DNA of 64,000 nt from an uncultured virus (IMG/VR IMGVR_UViG_2687453727_000003) (taxonomy: Duplodnaviria; Heunggongvirae; Uroviricota; Caudoviricetes): IMG/VR virus record IMGVR_UViG_2687453727_000003; one strand, given 5' to 3'. The translations under genes were made by a program, and so were the position numbers. Each line of letters opens with the position of its first letter. Positions within the stretch are counted from its first letter, which is position 1. Positions 9,451 to 19,043 of this stretch are shown in pieces. The notes beneath the pieces are model-generated. The model ran no database searches, was not told the origin of the DNA, and saw only the letters and a list, made by a program, of their open reading frames with translations.

Positions 9451-9771
9451 TTATATCTCTTGGTCTTTTGAGAATATGGCTATAGCTTTTTTTAAGATTT
9501 CAAGTTCCATTCTAATCTTTTCATTTTCTTTTTTTAACTTAGAAATCTCTTCAACATCTTTTTTGTCTTTTATTTCATTATTTCTAATCTTATTGTTAGT
9601 TATTATTGGTTTCTTAGATATTTTCTCTTTTGGCTGAACTTGATTGATCCAGTTATTAAGTGATGTTGTTGAAACGCCATATTCTTTACAGATTTCTTTA
9701 ATCGGTTTTCCAGTGTTGTAGACCTCAATTATCATTTTCTTAAAATCTTCTGTATAACTTTTCCTTCTCAT
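9451..9771 (-). CDS. IS3 transposase OrfA (HTH), probably fused to OrfB by -1 frameshift
   Basis: HTH_Tnp_1-like N-terminus and a C-terminal ELEILKKA. A7G slippery run at about 9486-9493 on the minus strand. Confidence 0.92.
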   Translation of the reverse strand: MRRKSYTEDFKKMIIEVYNTGKPIKEICKEYGVSTTSLNNWINQVQPKEKISKKPIITNNKIRNNEIKDKKDVEEISKLKKENEKIRMELEILKKAIAIFSKDQEI

Positions 9772-10484
9772 TCGGACACACCTCTCTTACTTTAATTATA
9801 ATTTATTTCAAGAATGTGTCCATAAAACTATACTAACATCAATTTGAACCATACCGAAATAATATAAAAATTTACAATTATTTAATTGCAAATGAAGTAG
9901 AACATTTTATTTTAAGGCTACCAGTTATATTAGATATTTTACAAAAACAATTTTTAAATCTAATTAATAATAATTTTAATAGTATTGATGATGTAATTCC
10001 ATTGAATTCGGATATAAAAGTAATAAAGAAAATTAGAAATGAAATTATTCATCATGGTGCTAAATGTATAATAAGAAGCGATGCATCTCAAGTAGTTTTC
10101 AATATTCATATTTATCGTCAGATAAATAAACTAAGTTTACCTAATGAATTTCTGATGGTGTGCGGAGGTAATGAGTATTATAGTATTTCAAATTATATGA
10201 CATGGATGCTTTGCATACTGTTGAACTACTTAGAGAATTTTTTTAATGAAGTGAGTAGATTAAGAGCAAATAAAGAGAGAATTGGTGAAAAAGAAATTTC
10301 AGAAATTACTTATACAGATAGATTGCTGGGGCATTCATTTTCTCGAATACAATTTAATTATGATGAACTTAAATTATATCAAAATAATTTAAATGAGTTA
10401 TTAATTCATATAATTTTGTATGAAAAAGAAATGAAAAATCTTAAGATAAATTAAATAATTTACGAATGTAATGTTAATTAAATA

Positions 10485-10579
10485 AATACCACAGTATTCA
10501 GAAATGAATTTATGGTATTTTTTATTTTATAGAATATGATTGGAAAAGCATGTTACAATAAATATATATATGCAATATT
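10485..10579 (+). repeat. Terminator+promoter unit, copy 2
   Basis: Similar to 6347-6443. Confidence 0.75.
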
Positions 10580-10863
10580 TTGTAAGTAAAATATTAAAAA
10601 AGATTTTGAATAGAATACAAATAATCTAGATAATTATTTAATTAAAGGGGACAAAAGCATTTAGTAAGAAATAGTAGTAGAAAAATTTCTTTAAGTTAAT
10701 GTTTGTGTAAGTATATTCAGAGAATTATGAATATATATTTTATAGTTAACTCTGTAGTAATATAAATTATGAAAAATTAGATTAAATGAAATATAAAATA
10801 AGTAGAAAATAGAAATATTATGAAAACAGATAGTTGATTATTTATATGGAGGAAAATATAAAA

Positions 10864-12393
10864 ATGAAATTCAGGGTTATACAGACTTGGGATAATTATA
10901 AAAATATAGTTGTGTTAATGGCTAGTAGTTGGGATGATTGGTTTACTTATGAAACAAAATATAGTGTGTATTATTTTGACGAAAAAGGAGTGTCCCATGA
11001 TATAGGAACAATTAAAGTGGGAAAAAAGCCATATCCTACTAATTCTAAAAAACCTGGTATTCCAGAAGAGTTTGATGAATTGCCAGATGGTTTCTTTTCA
11101 TTAGGGCAGAGTGAATATTATTATGAAAGATTAAAAGACTTAAATGACAAAATTTATAATGGTTTTAGAATAGATCTATTAGAACGATTGAAAGATATAG
11201 CATTTAATGAGGAATTGTTTGAAAAAGTAAAAGATTATAGAGTAACACTTAGTTCTCTCTTAAGAGATATTTCGGCAACTACAGTGAAAGGGCAATTTAG
11301 GAGAATAGCTGGAGGTGGAGCTAAGCTTACTCCATATGATTTTAAATATATATCTTCTAATGAAAACGGGGTTACTCCTTTTGAGATTTCTTTTAGTGTA
11401 AAACCTAACTCTAAAATACCTACTAATATCCATGTATTAATTGGGCGAAATGGTGTTGGAAAAACGCATTTAATGAGAAATATGATTTATAGTTTAATGG
11501 GTGCTTCAGATGACAAAAGATATGGAGAATTCATATTTGATGAAGTTAGTAATCATATTACTTTTGCTAATATAGTGTATGTATCATTTAGTGCCTTTGA
11601 CAATATTAGTGAATGGTATTCAAGAGATAAGTTTAAAAACTCAATTCCATTTACGCCAATAGGATTAGATTCAAGTTTAGAAGATACCCATTGCATTAAT
11701 AAGAGTCCATCGACTAAAGAGGAAATAACTAATTTAACATTGGAAGAAAGATTTGCCAATAGCATCGAGATATTCTCAGGAGGATATAAGGTTGAGTTAT
11801 GGAAAAATGCAATTATATTACTGGAATCAGATCCATTATTTAAAGAATCAGATTTGCTAAGCATTTTTAATGGTGATGGAACAGTAAATAAAGAAGTTGC
11901 TAAAAAATTATATCATAAATTAAGTTCTGGTCATAAGATAATAATGCTTACAATAACAAAGTTAGTTGAGAAAGTTGAAGAAAAGACGTTAGTTTTTTTA
12001 GATGAACCAGAGGGCCATTTACATCCACCACTACTTGCATCTTTCATTAGAGCTCTATCAGAATTACTTAATAATAGAAATGGAGTTGCTATTATTGCAA
12101 CTCATTCTCCAGTGGTTTTACAAGAAGTACCTAAGAGATGTGTCTGGAAATTGAGAAGAAATGGACATATAGCTGTAGCGGAAAGACTTGAAATAGAATC
12201 TTTTGGACAAAGTGTTGGCTCTTTGACAAGGGAAGTATTTGGATTGGAGGTAACAAATTCAGGTTTTCATAATATTCTTAAAAAAGCTAGTGATATTAAT
12301 GATGACTTTGATGAAATGATGGAGTATTTTAATTATGAGTTAGGAGTAGAGGCTATGGCCATGATACAAACTATTTTAGCTAATAAGGAATAA
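10864..12393 (+). CDS. ptuA: ABC/AAA ATPase, Septu PtuA-like anti-phage protein
   Basis: Walker A GRNGVGKT, signature LSSGHK, Walker B LVFLDEPEGHLHP, H-loop ATHSP; followed by an HNH gene. Confidence 0.8.
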   Translation: MKFRVIQTWDNYKNIVVLMASSWDDWFTYETKYSVYYFDEKGVSHDIGTIKVGKKPYPTNSKKPGIPEEFDELPDGFFSLGQSEYYYERLKDLNDKIYNGFRIDLLERLKDIAFNEELFEKVKDYRVTLSSLLRDISATTVKGQFRRIAGGGAKLTPYDFKYISSNENGVTPFEISFSVKPNSKIPTNIHVLIGRNGVGKTHLMRNMIYSLMGASDDKRYGEFIFDEVSNHITFANIVYVSFSAFDNISEWYSRDKFKNSIPFTPIGLDSSLEDTHCINKSPSTKEEITNLTLEERFANSIEIFSGGYKVELWKNAIILLESDPLFKESDLLSIFNGDGTVNKEVAKKLYHKLSSGHKIIMLTITKLVEKVEEKTLVFLDEPEGHLHPPLLASFIRALSELLNNRNGVAIIATHSPVVLQEVPKRCVWKLRRNGHIAVAERLEIESFGQSVGSLTREVFGLEVTNSGFHNILKKASDINDDFDEMMEYFNYELGVEAMAMIQTILANKE

Positions 12394-12405
12394 GGGGAGA
12401 GCTTA

Positions 12406-13254
12406 ATGATAAAAATTGAGAAACCGATGGATGAGGTAGAAGAAGTTTTAGCAAGTTGTACAAGTAATATGCATAATAATAAAAAAAATAATTTTTTAAA
12501 AGATAGAGTGCTGCAAAATAAAGATATAATTATAAAGTATACACAAGAATTTGAAAACAAAGTTATACAAAATAAAGTTTATGAGTTAAAAGAACATACG
12601 AAAGTAGGAGAAAATGTTGATAAAGAGGAAATGATAAAAATATATGAGAATGGAATGGTTGGAAGTAAATTAGGGAGAATTTATTATGATAAAATTCTTG
12701 CGTTAGCTCCAAGGGGTATTTGTCCATTATGTAATAAAAGGGTTTCTAACACGTTAGATCATTATTTGCCTAAAGCAAAATTTCCTACTTTAGCAATATC
12801 ACCTATAAATTTGGTTCCAGCATGTTCGGATTGTAATAAAGATAAACTGGCCGAGAGTTCTAGCAGTATGGAAACACAACCAATACATCCATACTTTGAT
12901 AATATTGATAATGAAGAATGGCTTTTTGCAACAATCGAACAGGATGAAAAAATAATGGTTAATTATTATGTAAAAAAACCAGAAAGTTGGGATGAAATAT
13001 TATATAAAAGAGTTTGTAATCACATGGAAATATTAGGGTTGAATTCATTGTATGGAAAATCAGCTGGTTTAGAAATGGCAGATATGAGATTTTTTTTCAA
13101 TCAAACTTATAATGTTAATGGTGTTGAAGGAGTAAAAAAAATCATTAGAAGCATGATAACTAGTTTTTCAGTTAATAATAAGAATTCATGGAGAATAGCC
13201 CTTTATAGGGAAATGTATAATAACGAATGGTTTTTAAATAAATTTATAGTATAA
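12406..13254 (+). CDS. ptuB: HNH endonuclease, Septu PtuB-like
   Basis: CPLC...LDHYLPK..FP...NLVPACSDCN; starts 12 bp after the ATPase. Confidence 0.8.
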   Translation: MIKIEKPMDEVEEVLASCTSNMHNNKKNNFLKDRVLQNKDIIIKYTQEFENKVIQNKVYELKEHTKVGENVDKEEMIKIYENGMVGSKLGRIYYDKILALAPRGICPLCNKRVSNTLDHYLPKAKFPTLAISPINLVPACSDCNKDKLAESSSSMETQPIHPYFDNIDNEEWLFATIEQDEKIMVNYYVKKPESWDEILYKRVCNHMEILGLNSLYGKSAGLEMADMRFFFNQTYNVNGVEGVKKIIRSMITSFSVNNKNSWRIALYREMYNNEWFLNKFIV

Positions 13255-13329
13255 AAAGTAATTTGGAATTAGACTAGAATTAATTTAATTAAAAGTTTAA
13301 TGATCTGTAATCTGCAAATGAAAGGGTAG

Positions 13330-13794
13330 ATGAAAACAATGTGTCTAGATAAAGATGAATTTTGTAAAAAATTAATTGAAATACTAAAAAAAAGAACTGC
13401 TAGTAATGAAATAGAGTGGCTAGCATTTGCGGATGAATCTAATAAAAATTACCATCTTGAAAATAATATTTTCTCGTATAATGAAAGGGATATTTTGGAG
13501 GAATATAAAGATTATAAATTGAAAATTGATGAAAGCTTATATTGTGATATTCAATATGGTAAAAACTTAAATAAGATTATTAGAGTATCCATAATATCGA
13601 TAGAAAAAGATCAAGATAATAGAGTAAAGATTTTATTATGTGATAGAGAACATAAAAAGAGTTATCAAAAAATATGCAACAGTGATTTATACCCTGAAAT
13701 AGAGAGATTATATAAAATTATAGAGTTTAAAAATGTAAAGGAATTCGAAATATTAGAAAAATGGATGATGATAGATACAAGTACAAAAGATTAA
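13330..13794 (+). CDS. Hypothetical protein
   Basis: 154-aa ORF with AAGGG RBS; no recognised motif. Confidence 0.65.
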   Translation: MKTMCLDKDEFCKKLIEILKKRTASNEIEWLAFADESNKNYHLENNIFSYNERDILEEYKDYKLKIDESLYCDIQYGKNLNKIIRVSIISIEKDQDNRVKILLCDREHKKSYQKICNSDLYPEIERLYKIIEFKNVKEFEILEKWMMIDTSTKD

Positions 13795-14032
13795 TCTTAG
13801 TAAAATTACTGAGTTGGATTTTTTGTTTAAACTATTAGAGATTAAGCAACATAAATAGCATTACTTAGGCCTTAAACCTTAACTTAATAAATATTTGTTA
13901 GAATAGAATAACTGATAAAAAGAAAAAAATCAAGATTATAATCATTTGGGCTTAAGCATCTATCAAAAATTTAAAAATAAATAATAATAGCTTCATATTT
14001 CAACTTTAATATTATTTTACATAGAATGCTTA

Positions 14033-14046
14033 CGAACGTATGTTTG
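14033..14046 (+). promoter_or_regulatory. LexA/DinR (SOS) box overlapping a -35 element
   Basis: CGAACGTATGTTTG matches the Firmicute CGAAC-N4-GTTY consensus and overlaps TTGCAT. Confidence 0.7.
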
Positions 14047-14101
14047 CATAAAAGTAAATATTATTGTAAAATGGTATTAACATTTGTAGGGAGATGAAGC
14101 T

Positions 14102-14248
14102 ATGGAAACAAAAGTAAGTGAATTGTTGTTGAAAGGATTAAAAATTAATTTTAGTTATAAGGAACTACAAGAGTTATTGAATCGAATTTCTATAGTAAAA
14201 AATGAATATGTATCTTTATGTAATAAAAAAAATCAGGATGAACTTTAA
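14102..14248 (+). CDS. 48-aa protein behind the SOS box, candidate antirepressor
   Basis: METKVSELLLKG...QDEL with AGGGAG RBS; converges on the repressor gene. Not in the ORF track. Confidence 0.55.
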   Translation: METKVSELLLKGLKINFSYKELQELLNRISIVKNEYVSLCNKKNQDEL

Positions 14249-14610
14249 TCATCTTGATTTTTTTTATTTTGAGCTAACGTTATTTTAGCTGCCAATATTA
14301 AATTAGGTAGATCTTCTTCAGTAATTGTATAGCCGTCATTTTCAAGCTGCTCAATGATCTTTAAAGCAAACTGCTCTGCTAAATTAGATTTTTGTTGTTT
14401 GTCTGGAGCAATAATGTCAGTTCTGCCTAGGAGATAATCAACAGATACACCGAAGAAATCAGCTATTTTTTTCAATGCATCATTATCTGGAGAACGCCTA
14501 TTTTGTTCCCACATACCAATTGTACTAGGACTTATATTAAGTAATTTAGCGAGAGTTGATTGAGTTAAATTCTTTTGTTCTCTTAAATCTTTTATAATTT
14601 CACCCAACAT
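14245..14610 (-). CDS. CI-like XRE repressor with no S24 autoprotease domain
   Basis: IKDLREQKNLTQ..STIGMWEQNRRSPD..IADFFGVSVDYLLGR; divergent from cro. Confidence 0.92.
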   Translation of the reverse strand: MLGEIIKDLREQKNLTQSTLAKLLNISPSTIGMWEQNRRSPDNDALKKIADFFGVSVDYLLGRTDIIAPDKQQKSNLAEQFALKIIEQLENDGYTITEEDLPNLILAAKITLAQNKKNQDD

Positions 14611-14642
14611 AAAAATTCCTCCAATTCTATAAGTATATTTTA

Positions 14643-14745
14643 TCACAATATGTGTAGATATAAATTACTCTACACAAAAAGTGTAGAAAACTATTGACAA
14701 CACTATTAGTGTAGAATATAATAAAAATATCAACACGATACGTGT
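14643..14745. promoter_or_regulatory. Lysis/lysogeny switch: ACAC-N5-GTGT operators and lytic promoter
   Basis: Operators at about 14643, 14672, 14700 and 14733. TTGACA(14694)-17-TATAAT(14717). Confidence 0.85.
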
Positions 14746-14764
14746 ATGAAAGGAGGAGAAAAAG

Positions 14765-14992
14765 ATGCGTAATGTATTACTTAAATTTAGAAAGGCTAAT
14801 GGCTTAACACAAGAGGAATTTGCAAAAAAAATAGGTATTACATTAACATATTATTCGAAAATCGAATTGGGACTTAGAAATCCTAGCTACAATTTTTTGA
14901 ATAAATTTAAAGAAGTATTTCCAGAAGCATCTGTAGATGATATTTTTTTTAAATGTTCACTACACGAAATGTGTGGATGGCTGCATACTTAA
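14765..14992 (+). CDS. Cro-like XRE regulator
   Basis: LTQEEFAKKIGIT..YSKIELGLRNPS HTH; first gene of the lytic operon. Confidence 0.9.
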   Translation: MRNVLLKFRKANGLTQEEFAKKIGITLTYYSKIELGLRNPSYNFLNKFKEVFPEASVDDIFFKCSLHEMCGWLHT

Positions 14993-15084
14993 ATTATATA
15001 TTTTAAGGTTGCTAATACCAATTGACGCTCATTCACTAAAGAAAAGTAAAATAAGCAATTTCAATACTGGAAGGGAGAGAAATT

Positions 15085-15327
15085 ATGGAAGAAGATCAAG
15101 CTAAAGAACAACTTAACAAAGGAGAAGCGATATGTATCTATAGACATTTAAAAGCCTTTATTGAGAAGGAATGGGATAGGAAAGAGAACGTGCCAGATCC
15201 TTGTACTAATTGTAATCACTACTGTAACAGTGAAGATAGGCAAGTTCTCAATCCTTGGATAGCTTTTTATAAATTGTCTCAGTTAGCTTGTGAACCTTAT
15301 TTTGGTCGAGAAGGTGCGGATAAGTAA
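15085..15327 (+). CDS. Hypothetical phage protein (CxxCxxxC)
   Basis: ORF with GGGAGA RBS. Confidence 0.65.
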   Translation: MEEDQAKEQLNKGEAICIYRHLKAFIEKEWDRKENVPDPCTNCNHYCNSEDRQVLNPWIAFYKLSQLACEPYFGREGADK

Positions 15328-15521
15328 ACTGGACAACGTCCCCATTGATCCTTAGATGGATATGGGCAATTTGATATCTCATCACATGAATAAAGAGTTT
15401 TTTTATAGCCATTGCTTAATTGTCCAGCTATAGGAATTTCAGCATATTCTACTGATATAGAATGTTCTTCATTTAAATATGGACACTCATCAGTATGTAT
15501 AGACGTAACAGTTCTTTGCAT
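15297..15521 (-). CDS. Small Cys-rich hypothetical protein, antisense to the lytic operon
   Basis: Own RBS (AAGGGGGT) and TGGTAAAAT -10 on the minus strand; four Cys residues (CP..C..CP..CP). Confidence 0.6.
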   Translation of the reverse strand: MQRTVTSIHTDECPYLNEEHSISVEYAEIPIAGQLSNGYKKTLYSCDEISNCPYPSKDQWGRCPVYLSAPSRPK

Positions 15522-15577
15522 AGTAGCTACCCCCTTTCATAATAATTTTACCATATTAAGGGGAGAAAGGAGAATAA

Positions 15578-16087
15578 ATGAATAGTAAAGCAATAAACAA
15601 GAATGACACAATTTATAGACAAGCAAGAAAAAGAGCATCAGAATTCAATGAAAAGTTTAAAAGCATTGAGGGTGCTAGTGAAGCAATAGGAGTTAGTAAG
15701 GATCAACTATCTAATTATGAGTTGGGTTTATATAAACAGTTGCCAGTAGATTCAGTTGTAAGAATGGCAGATGCTTATAATGCACCAGAATTAATGAATT
15801 ATTATTGCTGCAATGAATGTGTGATAGGGAAACTTACGATGTCACCAGTTGAGATTTGTAGTATTGAAAGATTAACTATTCAGATACTAGCAGTTTTAAA
15901 TGGTACAAGCATAAAAAAAATAAAAGAATCGCTAATTGATATAACTGCAGATGGAAAGATCACAAAAGATGAGCTTCCAAGGTTGCAAGAAATAATAAAT
16001 ACATTAGATGAAATTTCAGCTAAATCACAGTCTTTAAAATTGTGGGCTGAGAAATACTTAATAAATTGTTGTAGGAGTGATGTTTGA
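15578..16087 (+). CDS. XRE/CII-like phage regulatory protein
   Basis: N-terminal HTH (ASEAIGVSKDQLSNYELG), MADAYNAPEL..YCC and ADGKIT motifs. Confidence 0.8.
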   Translation: MNSKAINKNDTIYRQARKRASEFNEKFKSIEGASEAIGVSKDQLSNYELGLYKQLPVDSVVRMADAYNAPELMNYYCCNECVIGKLTMSPVEICSIERLTIQILAVLNGTSIKKIKESLIDITADGKITKDELPRLQEIINTLDEISAKSQSLKLWAEKYLINCCRSDV

Positions 16088-16245
16088 TGAAAGCAATTTG
16101 GCATTTTAACAATGAAGAACATGAAAAAGAAATTAAGGGTAAATTATTGGACATGCTTGTTGAGGATGCAATAAATATTTATCCTATCGAGCAAATTGAT
16201 GCAATGATCAGATTTGGAAAGGAAGGAAAATTAAATTTAAAGTGA
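16087..16245 (+). CDS. Small hypothetical protein (52 aa)
   Basis: TGATG coupling to the upstream gene; AGGAG RBS. Confidence 0.55.
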   Translation: MKAIWHFNNEEHEKEIKGKLLDMLVEDAINIYPIEQIDAMIRFGKEGKLNLK

Positions 16246-16259
16246 TGGGGAGTGAAAGA

Positions 16260-16601
16260 ATGTTTTATTTATTCTTAGATGTACTAAGATCACAAACTAC
16301 AAAAGAAGAATTTACTGAAATAGTTACTATGACAGATGATGATATTAAGTTTAATAGAGTTCATTTTGGAAAGACAACTAACTTAAAACAATATATTAGA
16401 ATTTGTACTTCATGTACTAAGGCGTTTTCAAGAACAGTAACAAAGAGTATGAAAGAGATCCTAGATTCACTAGATAGAATAGTTGATGCAACTTTTGAAA
16501 GAAGTGATAAAGGAACCTATAAATCATTGGGAGAGATATTATCAGAAGAAGTTAAAAAAGCAAGAAATCAGGAGGGGAATTATGCAAAGCATATTAATTA
16601 A
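16260..16601 (+). CDS. Hypothetical phage protein
   Basis: ORF in the operon with GGGGAG RBS. Confidence 0.7.
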   Translation: MFYLFLDVLRSQTTKEEFTEIVTMTDDDIKFNRVHFGKTTNLKQYIRICTSCTKAFSRTVTKSMKEILDSLDRIVDATFERSDKGTYKSLGEILSEEVKKARNQEGNYAKHIN

Positions 16602-18573
16602 AAAGTTAATAATTAAGAATTTTAAAGGCGTAAAAGCGTTGGAAGTTGACTTTGGAAATATAACCAATATTTTAGGTGGAAATGCCACAGGAAAGACAAC
16701 AATATTTGATAGCTTTTGTTGGTTGTTATTTGGAAAGGATAGTAAGGATAGAAAAGACTTTGAGATAAAAACATTAGATTCTAATGGACAAGCAATACAT
16801 GGCTTAGAACATAGTGTGACTGGAATCTTAGAAGTAAATGGAGAAGAAATAGAACTTCAAAGAATACTAATGGAAAAATGGACAAAGAAAAAAGGACTTG
16901 CAGATAAAGTTTTCTCAGGTCACGAAACAACTTACTATATCAATCAAGTCCCTGCCAAACAAAAAGAATATAACGAAAAGGTAGATTATATCTTGCCGGA
17001 TACAACCTTTAAGTTAATTTCTAATCCACTCTATTTTAACAGCATAGAGTGGAAAAAGCAAAGGGAAATATTATTAGAAATCATTGGAGATATCGAGCAA
17101 AGTAACGTAATTAACTACAAAAAAGAATTAAAACCATTAGAGCAGTTATTATCAAATAATACACCGCTTGAGGACTTCAGGAAGAAAGTAAAAGCTAAAA
17201 TATCTAAATATAACAAGGATAAAGAATCAATTCCTTTTAGAATTGATGAATGTAATAACTCAATAGTAGAAGATGATTTTAAAATTTTAGAGTCTAGAAG
17301 AACAACAATTCAAGGAGGAATAAATGCTTTAGCTAAACAAATAGCGGCAGGTGATAATAGCTCTGAAAGAATGAAATTAGAAAAGGAATTAGGGGACTTG
17401 AAGCTTGAATATAGCACTAAGTATACAAAAGCTAAAGAAAGCGTAAATGAACCACTAGATGAATTAAATATAAAGATATCAGATAAAAAGTATGAAATAA
17501 GTGATCTGGAGCATAAAATTCAAATTTTAAATAGAGATAAGGCAGATGTTGAGGAAGCATTAAAAAATTCTGATTCAGCTATTATAAAACATAAAGAGAA
17601 ACAGCAGTTATTAAGAGAAGAGTGGAAACAGGAGTTTAGCACAATATTTGAATTTGATGAAGATGAGAAGTTTTGTCCAACTTGCCATAGAGAATATGAA
17701 AGTGAACAGATAGAAGATATTAGAGATAATGCAGAGAGATACTTTGATGAGGTAAAGACAAAGAAGCTTAATTCAATAAACAAACAAGGTAAGGAACTCG
17801 GAGAAAAGATAAAAGAACTTGAAGCTTTAATTGAAGATAATAATGTAGAAATAGCAAATTATACAGAAAAGCTAGATGAATATGGCTTTAAGATAACTCA
17901 ACTTAAAACTGAATTAGAACAGCTAGAGATTCAGAAACAAAGCCTAAATACTGATAAGACAATAACATTTGAGGGTGAACAAGAGATGGTCCAAGCTATA
18001 AATGAATTAAAAAGTAAGATTGAACAATTTAAATTAACTGATACTACAGAACTTACGAACAGAAAATTAAATCTAGAAAAAGAACTGGAGAATATCAATA
18101 AAAGGCTTGGACAGATAGAAATTAATGAAACTCTTAGGAATAGAATTCAAGAGCTCCAGGAGGAAGAAAGAAATATAGCAAATGAAATTGCAAAACTAGA
18201 AGGATATGACTTCCTATGTGAAGAGTTCATAAGAACTAAGGTTGAACTACTAGAGGAGAGAATAAATTCTAAATTTAAAACAGTAAGATTTAAATTATTT
18301 GAACAACAAATAAATGGAGGACTCAATGAATGCTGTGAAGCTTTAATCGATGGAGTACCATTTTCAAATGCCAATACAGCAAGTCAGATAAACGCAGGAA
18401 TAGAGATTATAAATACATTATCAGAATTTTATGGAGTAACAGCTCCGATATTTATAGATAACAGAGAAAGTGTTAATGAGATAGTTACAACAGAGAGTCA
18501 ATTAATTAATTTAATAGTAAGCAAAGATAAGAAATTAAAAATAGAGAGTGAGAAAGAGCAGGAAGTTGCTTAA
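16582..18573 (+). CDS. SMC/Rad50-like ATPase of the phage recombination module
   Basis: IKNFKG, Walker A GGNATGKTT, long coiled coil with CPTC hook, C-terminal PIFIDNRES. Confidence 0.88.
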   Translation: MQSILIKKLIIKNFKGVKALEVDFGNITNILGGNATGKTTIFDSFCWLLFGKDSKDRKDFEIKTLDSNGQAIHGLEHSVTGILEVNGEEIELQRILMEKWTKKKGLADKVFSGHETTYYINQVPAKQKEYNEKVDYILPDTTFKLISNPLYFNSIEWKKQREILLEIIGDIEQSNVINYKKELKPLEQLLSNNTPLEDFRKKVKAKISKYNKDKESIPFRIDECNNSIVEDDFKILESRRTTIQGGINALAKQIAAGDNSSERMKLEKELGDLKLEYSTKYTKAKESVNEPLDELNIKISDKKYEISDLEHKIQILNRDKADVEEALKNSDSAIIKHKEKQQLLREEWKQEFSTIFEFDEDEKFCPTCHREYESEQIEDIRDNAERYFDEVKTKKLNSINKQGKELGEKIKELEALIEDNNVEIANYTEKLDEYGFKITQLKTELEQLEIQKQSLNTDKTITFEGEQEMVQAINELKSKIEQFKLTDTTELTNRKLNLEKELENINKRLGQIEINETLRNRIQELQEEERNIANEIAKLEGYDFLCEEFIRTKVELLEERINSKFKTVRFKLFEQQINGGLNECCEALIDGVPFSNANTASQINAGIEIINTLSEFYGVTAPIFIDNRESVNEIVTTESQLINLIVSKDKKLKIESEKEQEVA

Positions 18574-18626
18574 TGAACTCAATTGAAAAATCAAAAATCT
18601 TTATTAAATATGGAGAGTGAATAAAA

Positions 18627-19043
18627 ATGAATGATAGATTATTAGCAATATTAGATTATTTATCTGACTTTAATACAGAAAAGTCTAAGTGTATGACCAC
18701 ACCTGAGGAAAGAAAAAAGCAGAAAGAAAAAGCTGCAGAGATTTATAAGATTCTAGTGAATGAAATAGTAGATTTGTTCGTAGATTCAAGAGTTATAGAG
18801 GAAACTAAAAAAGTTAATGAGGATAACAAAATTAAGGAAAATAGCTTTGAAGAATTTTTCAAAGTATTTTCTGAGAATCCAGATACAAAAGTGACAGCTG
18901 TACATAAGCTCATAGAACCTAGATGGGCGCTTCAAGAAGGTACTATGCGTGATGTTATGTATGCACTAGGGTATAACCTTGATCACCAAGAGATAAATAA
19001 AGTATTGAAAGAAGCAAGATTTTATATAAAGGAGGAAAAGTAA
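18627..19043 (+). CDS. Hypothetical phage protein
   Basis: ORF with GGAGA RBS. Confidence 0.7.
   Translation: MNDRLLAILDYLSDFNTEKSKCMTTPEERKKQKEKAAEIYKILVNEIVDLFVDSRVIEETKKVNEDNKIKENSFEEFFKVFSENPDTKVTAVHKLIEPRWALQEGTMRDVMYALGYNLDHQEINKVLKEARFYIKEEK

Larger units (their letters stand above)
8558..9841 (-). mobile_element. IS3-family insertion sequence, 1284 bp
   Basis: TG...CA ends, 29-bp imperfect terminal inverted repeats sharing TGGACACATT, and a 3-bp ATT target duplication (8555-8557 / 9842-9844). Confidence 0.95.
8358..10454 (+). pseudogene. HEPN-like paralog interrupted by an IS3 element
   Basis: Removing the IS and one ATT joins 8358-8557 to 9845-10454 in frame (KIISEFEPYRNN...EVEHFILR...KIRNEIIH), giving 269 aa. 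Confidence 0.85.

Noticed and set aside
10002..10454. Independent 150-aa gene
   Set aside because: It is the 3' part of the IS-split gene that begins at 8358.
10580..13254. Retron (Ec78-type) associated with PtuAB
   Set aside because: No reverse transcriptase ORF and no msr-msd-like inverted repeats are visible.
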